Numbered from the stretch's first letter, positions 12,036 through 26,227 are shown. The stretch: DNA of 64,000 bases from Paraspadella gotoi (GCA_051294375.1 CM119264.1:6399624-6463623), one strand, 5' to 3'. Made by a program: numbers and translations. The notes: generated by a model not told the origin, from the sequence alone.

Positions 12036-13344
12036 AACAATATTTGAAAGCCATAACCTGTCATCGTACATAAACTTTTTATCAACTGGTTAATGAGTTT
12101 TAAATAACTAAAAAACTATTAATAAAACAACGACATGAATCTATTCAAAAGATTATATTAATGATAATTAAAAAAAAACACGAAAAAGCATCTATTAAAT
12201 AAATTAATAACAATCTACATCGACCAGTTCATAAAAGGAACATATTACAAAATATTTATCTCAAAAAAAGAATCATCCCCGGCTTTAATCAAACTCATGC
12301 ATTTTATCTGCGAATCATCCGGCGTCTTTCATCTGCGAAACAGGTGACGTGTCCTCATCGCATAAGTCTAACGGCTCTGTGATCTGTCTTTCATTTGCAG
12401 CTTTCTTGTTTGATGCTCATCAATCCTAAGGTACTGGAAGTACGAGAAAGCCGTAAACCGCCTTGGGGTGTGGGTAAAACCCAAGTATTGTTCCATTGCT
12501 GACGAGGGGGGTTAAAAAAAGTTACACGATTGTTGTCTTAATTCGTCCCCTATATTTGAAAAGAAATTTTGTACCATCTTATTTTCTGTTATTTATTCTA
12601 ATAAACTTATAATTCAATAGCTGAAAAAAATTTTAACATGTCTTAATTTTTTTTTAAATTGCTAATAAATTGTTAGTTAAGACGCAACAGGTTACAGTGC
12701 AGTGAAAAAAAAACCTACTAAAAACTCATTTAATGTCAAAAGTTTTCAAAACAAAAACTATGAAAAACGACGAATCCGTCACGTCCTCCTTGATGACTTC
12801 GGTAAACTGGCAGCAGCGCGCCTAGACATGTTCGACGGGTCGTCCCACGCGGATCGGTCTTTGGCGTAGTTTCACCAGTGATAGTCGGTCTTAAGAAGGC
12901 ATCGCGGCGCGGCACGGAGTGAGCCCAGATCGTGATAGTCCTCCTCGGCGGAGGGCGGTGACGCAACGCCCAGAGTAAAATTATTCTTGAAAAAGAGAGA
13001 AGAACGGAAATAATGAAACCAGAATGGCGCGGAGGAAAGCACCAAAAAAAGATACGCGAGATGCTGAAAAACACCGAAAAAGTGATCTCCCCGGCGCTGA
13101 AGTGGGCATCGTTGAGCGAGAAAGAAATTCGGCGAAAGAAAAAGACGCCGTTGACTTGGAGACGAGAATTCGACATCGTCGGAGAGCGCGCGATTGGGAA
13201 ACCGAGTGACACTCTCAGCAAATTCTAAATTTAAGAAAATAAATACATCATTAGTCAATAGTTTATTTAATTTATATTCTATTTACATTGGCATCTTGTG
13301 AAACTTTAATTGGGTACTGAGTGCGGCTCAGAAAGCTTATTATA

Positions 13345-13590
13345 AAATTTACCCCAACCCTTAAATTTACCCCAACCCTAAATTTACCCTAACCCTTAAT
13401 TTAACCCCTCACCTTAAATTACCTACCCTAATTTACCCTCCAAACGCCTAATTTACCTCCAACCCTAATTTACCCAAAACCATACCTTAATTACCCCACC
13501 GCTAATTTCCCCAACCCTAAATTAACCCGAACCTTAATTTCCCGCGCACCCTAATACACGCCCCCACCCTGAATTTACTCCAACCCTTAT
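13345..13590. repeat. Degenerate ~17-bp minisatellite (AATTTACCCCAACCCT)
   Basis: About 14 visible units, decaying toward the right. Confidence 0.85.
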
Positions 13591-15344
13591 ACTTACACGT
13601 TAATAACTAGTGGTTCGATTCTTAATTTTTTTAAATTTAATTTTTTTTTGCACAAAAAAATTCTATAACAAAAAATAACCGCCTGAATGGAAAAAAGACT
13701 TGACATTAGATCGAGAACAGTGTTCCATTTTTTTTCTTGTCGTCGACGAAACGCTTGAGACGTGTGCAGTGGAAGTCGAACGGTTTCGGCCAGACTCTCG
13801 GCGCCCGCGATAGTCGAGAGCCGAAAAGCAACGGCTCCTCAAAAACGATACTCAAATGGAGCTGTCATATAAGCATCGCAGATAGCCGTCGCCCCCCCCG
13901 CGCCCCCCCCCTCCCACGGCGGACCAGAGCGCAAAGCACGGCAACCTTTGGAAGCGCCCGCTCTCGGGATTACTTTTGGGGAGAATGATAGATTGAGCGA
14001 CAAGCGCTCTTCAGCTATTTCCGTATTTTGGCCGCAAAATAGTTCTTGCATAACGTAATTATCGCACTGTTTTTAACTTAGTCGTAGACTCTCGCGTGTC
14101 AAACAGCCGTACAGTTTTACGAACATCCAATATTTTTTATAAAAATTTTCTTAAAATAATACAAAAAAGTAGCTAATTAACGGTAAAATCTAATCTATTC
14201 ATTATAATTTCGCTTAGAAAAAATAGAAGAAAAAAATCGCTGGCAGGGAATAATGTTTATTAAACACACGAAATCTCCCAAACTCCTCTGATCTCACGTA
14301 GAAACCGCGGTCTGGCTCGACGCGAGTGCCCATATAGGCTTTCGATTTGGTTCTGGCCCAGGCTAAATGTAAGTTATGCGCATTCAGGGAACCCGTGTTA
14401 AAGAAATCCCAGAAGCAAACAAAAAGTCCAGGATTTCCTCGTTATTTCAATAATTAAAAACACGGTAAATTTTATTCAAGTGCCTACCACCCAGAAAACA
14501 TAAGACAACGCAGAAATTGATCTCCGTCATTCAGTTAAATAGGAACTATATTAACGGCACTGGCGACACGGCCGGAATTAAGGCCGCCGAAAAACTCGTA
14601 TAACAGCGATTGTTAATAAAACTTAAAGCTAGTCCGAATGGAATATTTTAAAAAAATTAGCATACCCTGTTTTAGACAAATAAAAATCTATTCTGACCTG
14701 GTAACCGAGTATGTATAATATTTAGTCTGAGTCTCGGAGGACATGAGTAACGTTCAAAGTTACGTGAAAGTGAAACTTCGTAAAACACCAGTCTCACACT
14801 CTGGTTCCATCGTAATTCACATAAATCAAGATGACCGAATTTTTCGCAGCTGCATCCACCGACACCCGGCTTCCCAAGACGCCTCCGCTTCTCGAAATCT
14901 AAACCATTTTTATAAATTATTTAATTCGGCTCTTCTGGCCGGGGAAATTAAGAGTTCGCGTGACCAAAAAAAAGCGTTTTGATAAACCCGGAATCTCTGA
15001 TCCCCACCCTCGCCGAAACGAAGATGTTTATACTACTATATTTACCCATTTAAAAAAAATTATTGAAAACAGAATGAACACAAATAAATAAGAACTTATT
15101 TCTTTTGTGATTATGATGACTATAATGTATTTCTCGATATATTAGCTCTAACACAATCAATGGATATACGTATTGTTATGCTGAATGAACCTTTCCTCTT
15201 AAAAAAAAAGATCAACTGTTGCACTTCACTAATTGCAGGACTCGTTCATAGTTGAATATCTTCCTAGACAAACTTTGCAACAAAATTGTTTAAGGTAGTT
15301 AAATGTTGTGCTAAAAACACTTTTTAATTTGTTTATCAATAAAG

Positions 15345-15531
15345 GAATCGATACTCGATAAAATGGACGCCTCCATCTTACGAAATCCAGAGTTTCTTCT
15401 TCTTTTGTTCTACATTTTCTTCCATTTGGGTTCAAGCAACGGAGTAATAATCTACCAACCTGCATTGTCAGACGCGAATTCAATATCGAGTCAGGATAAA
15501 GTCCGGTTGGCTACTGTCTTATCAACTGCGG
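15345..15531 (+). CDS. SLC16/MCT-like exon (TM7-TM8)
   Basis: aaag|gaatcg ... gcgg|gtgaga; ESILDKMDASILRNPEFLLLLFYIFFHLGSSNGVIIYQPALSDANSISSQDKVRLATVLSTA. Confidence 0.8.
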
Positions 15532-15635
15532 GTGAGAATGGATCGTACTTTTTCAGAAAAAAATGAGGCAATATAAGGGCAACACCAACACTATTAGTCG
15601 GTATGTTAGACGCTCCATTATTCCTCTCTGATCAG

Positions 15636-15719
15636 ATTTAGTGGTCGAATCTCCAGCTCAATATTATGCACCATCCGATGATTCGAAAGAATCTATTTTA
15701 TATTTTGGTTTTTAATGAG
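15636..15719 (+). CDS. SLC16/MCT-like exon (TM8-TM9), contains apparent indel errors
   Basis: atcag|attta ... gag|gtaaag; reads DLVGRISSSILCTHPMIRKNLFYILVFNE only if two single bases are restored in short homopolymer runs. Confidence 0.6.
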
Positions 15720-15797
15720 GTAAAGATACTAAATAGAATTCCGTGTAAATCATGCGGTTAAAAAGTTAAGCAACGATAATATAATTAATTACTGCAG

Positions 15798-15895
15798 GTT
15801 TTGGAAGGGATCGGAGCATTGATCCTGTCCTATGGTCAAGATTATACGCACATTCTCTGGGCTTCTATTTTCTTTGGATATATTTATGGGAATTG
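15798..15895 (+). CDS. SLC16/MCT-like exon (TM9-TM10)
   Basis: tgcag|gtttt ... attg|gtgaga; VLEGIGALILSYGQDYTHILWASIFFGYIYGN(W). Confidence 0.8.
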
Positions 15896-16119
15896 GTGAG
15901 ATCTCGAAGGACAACCGTTGTGCAGCAATTAAGTCAACAAAATTATTATTTTCACCTGAAATTTACTTAAAACTATTAAATAAAATACTGACCGAATCAC
16001 TTGGCGAGATGTTTTTTTGCTATGGTTAAATCGAGAATGACGCATATTCTTGCGATCATCATTCTGCCACATTTTTGAATCCCAATCCCAATCGAAATCA
16101 ATCATAATTTCTCACGCAG

Positions 16120-16263
16120 GTTCGCTATTTTCTTCTCTTTTCTCGCGGAGATGGCGTCACCCTCGCAAATGTTCGTCGCTTCCGGCGCCATCAGGTTCGT
16201 GGGCGGCGTTTCGACGTTGGCTCTTCCTCCAGGATTTGGCGCCGCCGCCGAATCGATGGGCAG
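16120..16263 (+). CDS. SLC16/MCT-like exon (TM10-TM11)
   Basis: cgcag|gttcg ... gcag|gtaagg; phase-2 join; FAIFFSFLAEMASPSQMFVASGAIRFVGGVSTLALPPGFGAAAESMG. Confidence 0.8.
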
Positions 16264-18518
16264 GTAAGGAAATGGAGGTGAGGTCGTGAAAGAGAAAACA
16301 ACTTTTATCACTCGTAATCGCGTGAGATTTGTTCTCGGCTTCAGGCTGCTCCTTCGGTCTGCTTTTAGACCTTTTCGCGCCTATTAAGCTTTACCTCGCT
16401 CGCCGTCTTGGATAACGTTACTCGCCCATTGACATTCTCTAATACCCGTGCGGCGCAATGATGGGCACGAGCCACCTGAACAAAAGGTTAGCCGGATCGG
16501 TAGAAGACCTTGACAATCCCGGGTTATTTCGGGAAATTTTTCATCAAAAAAAAAGTATAACGTTTCCTTTTCGTGAAACAGATGCGAAAAAATCTATATA
16601 TATATTATATAATGAAAGTTTGTCTATCGACTTCATTTCACTGCTACTCGATTTATTGAAAACCTTTTCGTGTTCTCACCTATTCGTATTCCAGTCTGAA
16701 AAGAGACCGTTCGTTCGTTTAATTATTTTTTCGTTGCGGTTAATTAAATAAATACAAATCAATATTCATGCTAGCTGCTTTTTTGTGCGCTCACAGTGTT
16801 TTTCAGATTCATACCCCAATCTCCCAAATTTTATTAAAATTATCGGCCAAGGAATTTAGTGAGAGGAGGATCATTCAATTGTGCCAATATTTATATCTCA
16901 CTCCGATAAAAGGAGATAAATAAAACCAAACTTTGAGTGGAAAAAAATTGAATGAAAAAAAAAGGAGCAAAAAATAAATAAAAAATAAAAAAAACATTTT
17001 AAAGTAAAATTCTAGGAAACCAAAAAAAAACAAACTTAAAATGTAATTCAAGAGATAGGACAAGCAGAGAGAATGATAACCGTGAAGAAAATGAAAGCAG
17101 AAACAAAAAAACGGAATTTTGGTTTTCCGCGCTGCGAAATCGTCAAGTTTGCGCCGACGAAAAATTGACCCCGAATGAGCCTAAAAGACCCGAAATGACC
17201 TGGAGCATTTTCGTCGACCTTTGTACGAACCCTTGTTCAACGTAGAAAAAAAAGCGAGGCTCTTTGCAATATCTTTTTAGGGTTGATGTGAAAAGATTTT
17301 TCGTAGAGGTTTCGTTGGCTTTGCCTCTATCATCATACAGAGGTATGATATAGTAAATTTTAAATTTACAAACGTTGATTGATTTGATTGATTGATTGAT
17401 TGATTTGTAACAAACTAGTTGTTATGTACTTGGTATAATTTTCAATTTCTTTTGTCGTTTTCATCAATCAACTTCAACACCTTCTGACGTTACGTCACGT
17501 CGTTCAACGTCGTCGTCGTCGTCGTCATCGTCCTTGATTTTCGTCGTCTCCCCGATGGTCGTTGTTGTTGTTTTCGCAATTCCGCTTTCCCCTTTCTCCC
17601 GTCCGTGCGGGATCGGTATTACTTTTATTTTCCCCTTTCAAAAAGGCTTGTTTATCAACATGGGATGGCTCAAGGAGGCATAAAATGGCTTCCGTCGCGT
17701 CGCCCTCCCCCGACCGAACCCATCCATCTGCAACAGTTTCACCCCAATATTTGCTCCTTCCTTTTTCTTTTTCGCTCATCTCCTTTGCACTTTAGTTTAT
17801 CTTTGCTTTGATTTTCTCTTTGTCTATTCTTTTTGTATAATTTTTAAACTATTTTTTCGTTTATCCAGTATGCTTTTCTTTTCCATTTTTATTCACAATT
17901 TAAATATTATTAATTATTAATTATTTTCTTTTTCGTTTTATATTTATACTCTTGCCCATTTGTTTCGTTTTGTTTCTCCTTCTCCCTCCATTTTTCGTCA
18001 TCGTTAATTTATATTTCTTTTTCCCTACTTTAAATTCAAAATACTTTTTTTCAAACTTTTTATCTCTTTCCTTCTTTATTACCTTTTCCTTTTAAACTCT
18101 TACACAATATTCTAAGTTTTTCTTGTCTCTCCCTCTACCTACCGCGCCCCTTCCCTACCCCTAATCCTGTTTCACCTTCTCAACACCCCATCCGACTCGT
18201 CTTGATCCCTGATCCCCTCCACGTTTAATGTTCAACAAGCGACACAGATTTTTTATAAACAAAAAAAAGTTTTTTCCCCCCGAAAAATATTTTTGCCTCG
18301 CTTTTCAGGACAAAAGTATTGAGAANNNNNNNNNNNNNNNNNNNNNNNNNAGACCAATTTTTTGGGCTTTTAAGATTTTACATTTGAATTTTGTTGAGAT
18401 ACGATTCGCTTCTTTAAAAAGACTTTGAAATATAGTGACAGTTAAAGCCGCGTCATGATAAATACTAAAAAAAAAGAAAGAAAAAAAAACCCTAAAAAAA
18501 CAGAAAAGTGACATTTAC

Positions 18519-18880
18519 CTTTAGATAGGTTGATTTGAAATTCTTGCAAAGGAAGTCCGTTGCTGTAGTCGTTGATGAGTATATCGTCCTTGGAAATTAA
18601 ATGATCATTGCGTCAAACATATTAACATATTAACATTTTAAAATTAAAATCTTGAAATTTTGTAATCTCTGATACACATCTCATGACATTGTCTTTACAG
18701 ATTTACCTGCAGATTGAAATGAGTAGAGGCGTATCCGCGAAATTGGGTTTCGATTACTTCCCAACTCCTCTTCCCGAAAACACGAGCGGGCAGCTCGCCC
18801 ACCACGTGCGGCGCGAAGAACCCGGGCAGCACTATCACAGTGCGGGCGATAGAGCAGATGAACGACCGCACACCGGTTGG
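18519..18880 (-). CDS. Two probable exons (~18880-18706 and 18588-18519), FN3-like
   Basis: ...SWEVIETQFRGYASTHFNLQ|DDILINDYSNGLPLQEFQINLSK with GT-AG intron 18705-18589; NGLPLQEFQI resembles the FN3 'DGGLPQ.F.I' B-C region; 5' end of the first exon is lost in a repeat. Confidence 0.5.
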
Positions 18881-19797
18881 CATTTTTGGACGGCGAACAA
18901 AACGACCATGATTGACCTTAGTGAATGGGCGTTTGCGTGCTGGAAGTTAGAGTCGCTGAGATCGGAGTTCAGAGGGATAATGTGGGCTTGTGGGGGAGTA
19001 AAGAGATTGTGGAAAACGGGAAGAGTAAACGGAGCGATCCGACTCAGAAGCCAAAGCTTATGGACACTGTATATGAATTTTGAATCAATTAAATTTTATT
19101 TCATTGAAAATAAATTAAAACGGATCTCGGTTGAAGGCTGCAGCAGGATGATCCTTATGTCAATTTTAATGACGTTAATTCGACAGTCATGTATATGTAC
19201 GACATCAAATATTGTTTTCCCTAGGCAGGGGATATTGTAGAGCCTTCTAATTAGCGTGACATTTATGGTTTCATAAAAAAAAATTTAAAAAAAATTAGAG
19301 GATCGACGCGACGCTACTGCAGCGGAAGACTCCCGTGCGAAACATTTTCCGTAAATCTCTATCTCGTTTTCGGCATTTTTGGACGGCGAACAGAAGACCC
19401 ATGATGACCTAAGTGAAGCGGTTGGAGTGGAAGTAGTCGTGAGATCGGGTTCAGAGGGATATACGTGGTTGTGGGGAGTAAGAGTTGTGGAAAACGGGAA
19501 GAGTAAACGAGCGATCCGCTCAGAAGCCAAAAGCTTATGACTGTAATATAATTTTGAATCAATTAATTTTATTCATTGAAAATAAACGGATCTCGGTTGA
19601 AGTGCAGCGTCCTACTGTCTAATTTTAATGTCGTTAATTCGCAGTCATGTTATACGTAAATAATATTGTTTCCCTAGGGCGATATGTAGAGCTTCTATTA
19701 GCGTGATTTATGTTTCATAAAAAAAATTTTTTTTAAAAATTAGAGGATCGACGCGACGCTACTGAGCGAAGCGTCGCGGGCGAAACATTTTCCGTAA
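18879..19797. repeat. Tandem duplication of ~430-480 bp (18879-19355 and 19372-19797)
   Basis: Both copies begin ggcatttttggacggcgaaca and end cgaaacattttccgtaa. Confidence 0.9.
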
Positions 19798-20094
19798 CCA
19801 TGGTGATTCACGAGTCTTCCGAGATTGTTTGTTTATCTTTCCCGGTTTGTTTATGTCGTGAATTAGGGAGTAAACAAAACTCTCAACGATAATTGAAGAC
19901 GACCGAAAGAAAGGGGAGGTAGGGGGGCAGGGAGGAGGAAGATTGAGAAAGGGGGCAAAAAAATGAGGATGGAAAAAAAAGAGAAAAATGGGGGAAAAAC
20001 AAGAAAGAAAATTTACGCGAGTTTTGCATTTTGATGCGGCAAATAAAGACGTCGGTAAACATGAGTTAAAAAACGAGAGAAGGAGGAACGAAAT

Positions 20095-20169
<75 letters not shown>

Positions 20170-20828
20170 GAGAGAGAAAGAGGAGAGAGAGAGAGAGAAG
20201 ACCAAGAAACCAGAAACTGGAGAAGAAGACTCTCGAGAAAAGACAAAATACTCACGGGACAAAAGAACAACGTTAGCGCCCCAAGCGGCAGGATTAGGCG
20301 GAGGAGTCGACGCTTTTTCTCCGTTTCCTTCTGAAACAAAAGTGAATCGGAAATTTAAACTTTTTGGTTTTCGATGGGGGAGTTGTTAAACACGATTTGG
20401 TTCGGGAACTCATTGGCAAACTGATACAAAATTCAACCTCCCTTAAATTCTAATATTGTTCGCGACACGCGCTATTTTTGGTGTTTTTGGTCGGTCGGTT
20501 TTTGGTCGGTCAGTCAATATAATAGTACGTTTTTACACTCTTCTAATCGGTCGTCATTTTTAATGCATAATGTACTGGTGACTTTTGCCATCTTAAGAAA
20601 TCTTATCTTTTCAAAAAGGCTTCGCTTTTTAATCAATTTTTCAAAAAGAGATTCTCCCATCTCGTTCTCCGACGACGAAACGTATTTTCCCTCTTTCAAG
20701 GCTTCTCTTTTATTTAGAGAGCTTTTTCCACGTGGTCGACTTTTCCATTTAAAATTGCATTTTTCTCCTTTTAACTCTTTTTTTTTCTCTTTCATTTTCT
20801 CTTTTCCCTAATTAAAGCGGAGAAACGG

Positions 20829-20955
<127 letters not shown>

Positions 20956-23686
20956 CGAGGCGGGAGTTCGTTAGAGGTGAGGCGAAGTGATGTCGAAACT
21001 TGAGATGCGTCACTTCAGTTATTCGTGGATAAGTTTCGGGGAAAGTAATGAAAGATAGTAAAACATAATAACATAATAACATAACTCGTTTAAAAATTAA
21101 ACGATGAGGTATGGGAAGCTCTTATCAACCCTGACACATACATCTTTAAATTAAGGGCACGAAACTGTTTTTCTCATTATAACACAGAATTCTCACTCAC
21201 GCTCGTTTCCTTCTTCGGCTCATTGCTTTCCTTTCAATCAATAGTTGACACCGGAAAAGGAAAGGGCCCCTTTTTTGGGAAGGAGGAAGAAGTTTAGTCG
21301 TCGTCGTTGTCGTGGTCGTCGGTGGGTGTTATCATTTTCGACACCGATATGGTCACGGTTGCCATCATCGTATCAGTGATAGATGTGTCATTGATTCGAG
21401 TCGAGCGCGGCGAAGTCGTCATCGGGGTTGTCGTCGTCATTATCATCGTCGTCATTTTCGTCAGGGTTAAGACATTGCCGCCATTTTTACGAAACCAAGA
21501 AATCGGCCGTTGAAGGACTTCGATATTTGGATAAATGTGAAGTGGAGACAAAATTGGTTTTGAGGTGAGGTGAGATAAGAAAATTGGATCTCAAACAAAC
21601 TAAGTTACAAACAACAAAGATGATAACGATAAACGTCAGTAAGGGAATCAGCGAATTAAGACTTTGGATGAGATTAAAAATCCTCTCCTTAAAAATTCTT
21701 GGAATCTTTAATTTTCTTAGATTATTTAAATCATTCGTATCTGCTTCCTTCTCCTCCTCCTCCTCCTCCTCCTCCTCCTCCTCCATACTCAATCTACTCC
21801 TCCTCCTCTTCCTCCTCTTCTTCTTCCTCTTCCTCTTACATCTCCAGGGCGTCGTTCTTCTTAATTGTTCTCCCATTGTTGTTGTTGTCGATTTTGTTTT
21901 CTTGTTTCTGTTTAAATTAAACCTAATCGATGCAATTGAACAGTTTTGTTCCCTTCCGCCATCACACTTTTAAACCTTGGTTGGACACTTAAACTCGTAC
22001 GGTCTTTCTCGGACGTACACGCGCTCATTTAAAAGGGAAACCGGCGCAAGCACAAAAAAAGTAACAAAAACCGCTCACAATGTTACGTCTCGAACAAACT
22101 CTTCCAAGCATGCCTATCACCAATCGCTATTTACACCATGATTTCTGTCGACAGATATTATCGCTCTGCACGCCTTCACGAATACCAGACTAACTCACCC
22201 ATAAACTCACTCTCGCTCTTTACTCACACTTTTACGCACCAACTAACATGTTCGCTGACAAGCTCGCGAGCATGGCAAGCTCGTACACACACACACACAC
22301 TCACACAAACTCTTACACCTCCATTTTTTCGATTAAGTCGTTCCTCCTCCTCCTCCTCTTCCTCCTCCTCCTCTTCCTCCCTTTCGAGTCTTTTAAGTCG
22401 CGAAGTAGACTTCCGTTTAAGGATATCGATTTTTTTTTTGGGGGGGGAGGGGTTGGGTGGGTGGGTAAAGGAGGGAGAAGGAGGGATGAGGAAGGCAAGC
22501 AGATGGTAGTGGTCGTGACGTGTGGGTAAGTGAAAGCCGACTGGTTTGAGGTTTCCGAACCCAAACGCGAGTCGCTCAAATTAATTGCTAATCGAATTCG
22601 TTTCTTGGGAGAAGTAGGGAAGTAGGGAAGTAGGAAGAGGATAAGAAAGTGGGGTTAGAAATATAATATGTAATAAAGTATAAATATAATGTGAAGATTA
22701 AAAAATTAATCGGGTTGAGGGGGGAAAATAGAATGAGAAAAGGTTTCTTCGGAGAATGGACGATGGGGAAAAAAAGTTTTGGTCAAGTTTCTGGGTGGAA
22801 ATCGAGGGTCGTTAATGAAAATAGGGGAGGGGGATGGAGAGGAGAGAAAGGGGGGGGAGGCGGGGTTAAAGGAGTTGATCCCTGACGCCGGCTCAGGGGT
22901 CAAGAGGTCAAACAGTCGGGAGGACGCCGAGAAATTCCATCTTTTCTCTCTTTTCTTCTCTATTTTCTTTCCTCTTTTTTCATTTCTTTCTTTTTTTTTC
23001 GGGGCGAAAAGAAGTCAAGTAGAAAAAAGTGTCTGTTAGGGAGAGATCACATCTCCAAGTGACAAAAGCTCTCTGTCCCTCTCTCTCTCTCTCTCTCTTT
23101 TTCTCTCTTTCTGTTTCTCAGTCTCTCTGTTTTTCTCTCTCATCGATTTTTCGGGAAGAATATAAATTGGTTTAAAAATAATAATAATATAAGACGAAAT
23201 GATAAATATTTGAAAAGTTTCACTGATACTCAGAGAAAAAAATTATTTTCGAGAAAATGGGATCAGAAACCATCGGAGCGAAATTTGATTTTTTTTTCTT
23301 TTCTTAAATAACTTTTTTTTTCATTCCTTTTTTAAAATTTTTGTCTTTTTTTGTCTTTTTTTGGTCTTTTTTATTTTTATTTACTTTTTCAGTTTTTTAT
23401 TTCTCAAACCTCCTTACATTACCATTTTTGTATCTTAATTTCTTCTTTGGTCATGTTTGTTCGTTATTGGGCATGTAAATGTTTACGTACCAGAGTTTTG
23501 TTCAAACGAAATATTACTCCATAAAAAGGAATAATCAAGCTTTTCTCTATTACTCAAGTTCAATTGACCGACTGTACGTCGCCGATTCTTCACTCCTAGA
23601 CAGGAACTTTTAAAAATAGCTCCTCCCTTCAATTCCGGTCAGAGGATCGAGATTCCCGACGACTCATAAACCGAAAAAGAACTCAC

Positions 23687-23833
23687 CTTTGGTCGGACGA
23701 GGTGAGTTTGAATGCCGTTGGCCGACTTTCCCTCTCCGCCGCCGCCAACGCCGCTTTGGGATTTGGCCACGCCCCCTTTGGCGTCGGATCTGGATCCGCC
23801 GGCGGCGTCATCGTGGTAGGCGTGGGTCAACAC
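23687..23833 (-). CDS. Probable IgSF gene exon (Gly/Ser-rich)
   Basis: ctctcag|gtgtt ... aaag|gtgagt; VLTHAYHDDAAGGSRSDAKGGVAKSQSGVGGGGEGKSANGIQTHLVRPK; 147 nt, phase 0-0, strong splice sites. Confidence 0.6.
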
Positions 23834-24317
23834 CTGAGAGAGACGGAGGGGTGGACAGGGAGATTGGTGACGTTGAGAGAAAGAGAGGTCATGCGCTGAT
23901 AAGGGACGGGGTCACTGATGAGATCACTTGCCATTTAATCTTATAGCAAGTCATCCGAATAGAATGACTCTATATGTTATAAATATACAATTGACATAGT
24001 AACAGTTCTTAAAAACGTTATACCACCTCCAGAGCTCGGTACTCTCGGAGTGAATAAACAAGACTGTGTGAGCGTCTTCATTGTTAAGTCGTTATTTCGT
24101 TTGAAAATTTGGTTCACTAGAAGGATATACGAAAAATGCCAATTCACATTCAAAAGATTCAAATTTAATATTATTAAAAATAATATGAAGAGGAATGAGG
24201 TGCTTTTCGAAGAATTATGGCCTTTTTCAAAAATAACTTGCAAAACGGGCAATGCCCTCGAAGAAAAGACGACCTTTCGCTCTCGTTGGCTGAAAAGTCG
24301 GCGAAAAGCGACTCATG

Positions 24318-24410
24318 CGTCGGCTGAAATGTCGGCTAAAATGTCGGTAGAATTGTCGGCTAAAATTTCGGTTGAATTGTCGGCTGAAATGTCGGCTAAA
24401 ATGTCGGCAA
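24318..24410. repeat. 12-bp tandem repeat (GTCGGCTGAAAT), about 8 copies
   Basis: gtcggctgaaat gtcggctaaaat gtcggtagaatt gtcggctaaaat... Confidence 0.9.
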
Positions 24411-25499
24411 AAACTGTGGACGGAGCAATAGAACGAGAGAGAATGAGTTTTGAAAACTGGGATAGAATTTTTTTTTTAAGAGGATTTTATCGAAGAATGA
24501 GACGGGAGGATCGGTAGGTGAAAGGTAAGAGAATATTTGACATTTACATGTTCAACTCAACAGTTTACTTGGGATATTAGAAATAAATAATCAAAATTAT
24601 GTTACGTTACATTACGAAACAAAATTAACTACCATGAAAAGGGTTTAACGAAGTTTTCCAGGCCGAGGTCATTGTGGGCTAAGGGTCGCAAGAGAATCCC
24701 GTTACTTACACTTACGAACTTACACTTACACTTACACTTACACTAACGAACATGTTTTATCTGTAAAACGTAAACGTCCTTTGTGCTCTTACAAACTACT
24801 TCTTAAAAAGCTAAAGTAAAACTTGACCCATAACTTGAATTAACTCACCAAAAAAAACCCTCCTCTCCAAAAAAACAACTTTCGGCCTTTTGTTCACGCT
24901 CGGTCGCGTATCGCTCACGTTCACGCCTTGTCACGCAATACACGTAGTCTGCACTAGTGCGTCAAATCTCTCGGCAAAAAAAAAACCAAAAAAACCCCGA
25001 ACAGACGCGATTCATTGAGCAAGAAAATTTTCCTTTCCCCAAATCCCTTACCTTTTTCCTTTCCCCAAATCCCTTACCTTTTTCCTCTCGTCAGCTGCTT
25101 TCCGTTAATACCTGACTTCTCCTTTTCCCTCGCTGGGTTTCTCCAACTTTCTTACTTTTTTTTACTACCTCACATATTCTTATCCACTTACTTCCTTTTT
25201 CTTACATCCACGAACATACTTTCCTCTTTTATGTAACAATTACACAACGCTCCTCACCCACCCACCCAACGTTTCTTCCGTGACCTTACTCGAACTTACC
25301 TCGCCCCCGTTGATCCGATTACCCTCGATTTCTCCATAATCGACCTCATCAACCCTCATCTTTTCGTCAGGAGGATTTAGATTCCGCGATCATATCAATT
25401 TTCTTCGCTCACCCACGCATTCGGCTACCCCAACCTCCTTCTCTCCGACTGCCTTTCCTTTCCGACTTCCCACTCCGACCTTCCACCTCGCTGACTCAC

Positions 25500-25613
25500 G
25501 TCCAAAGGGTGGATGATGCTGTAGACTTCCTGACTCGCGGGGTCTCCCAGCGGAAAAGGAAAATCTCCGAAGCGAATCACAGGTTTGAGCGAAACCACTT
25601 TCGAGATGGATCC
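25500..25613 (-). CDS. IgSF gene exon (Ig strand G and linker)
   Basis: gacag|ggatc ... ggac|gtgagt; GSISKVVSLKPVIRFGDFPFPLGDPASQEVYSIIHPLD; 114 nt, phase 0-0. Confidence 0.7.
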
Positions 25614-26196
25614 CTGTCGGTGGAGGAGAGCGGGGGGGGGGATAGCGGTTGGGTGAGTGAAAACGGAGAGAGGGATCGAAGTGAACTGTGATTATTGTCA
25701 CTGTGTGAGGAAAAAGAAAGGAAAAATGAGAAGGGAGAGAGAAAATTAAAAAAAAACGATAGAAGCAATGATGTAGGCTGTAAGAAAGAAAATTAATAAG
25801 ATGAAAAAAGAGAATGCAAAGATGGAGATTTCTTTACTCGTTAGTCTTAGAAAAGGAAAAAGAAAGTAAAAAAAAAATTATGACAAACTAGAGAGAAAAG
25901 AACACGAAAAATAAAGACATATACATTAAAAAAAGGATAAAAAGAATAAAAGAATAAAAAAAATATAAAGTCCAAGATCTAAATGGAAAAAGAGAAGCAG
26001 AAAGTTCAAAGCCACAGGCCAGGAAAAGAAAACAGTATGAAAAAGAAAAAAAAAGGAAAGCATTAAAAGTGTTGGAAAAAGAAAACAACAGAGGGCGCCG
26101 GTCGTCGGTGACACGGATCGTCAATAACTCATGACGAGGTCGCGGGAAAACACGTCTTCTACTCGTAAAAGATACCATATATTTGATTAACTGGAC

Positions 26197-26227
<31 letters not shown>

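Larger units (their letters stand above)
7510..16415 (+). other. Spliced gene: SLC16/monocarboxylate transporter (MCT)-like MFS transporter, 5' exon(s) not found
   Basis: Seven GT-AG exons (7510-7652, 8657-8874, 8933-9064, 15345-15531, 15636-15719, 15798-15895, 16120-16263) join to give MCT-like TM2-TM11: EFGISPSISSWVSS...PRTIVIIGGLAAG, KYRPLALGIGNAGSAVG, WRACILVAGAL, MDASILRNPEFLLL. Phases match except for indels inside 15636-15719. The last exon (possible stop 16413-16415) is uncertain. Confidence 0.85.

Noticed and set aside
13345-13590. Telomere-like (AACCCT-containing) array
   Set aside because: Unit is ~17 bp, degenerate and internal to an intron; not a telomeric repeat tract.
17638-17728. 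Possible further minus-strand exon after ttgcag (DGWVRSGEG... or MDGFGRG...KPF-stop)
   Set aside because: Two frames are equally plausible and a gap at 18326-18350 separates it from the upstream exon.
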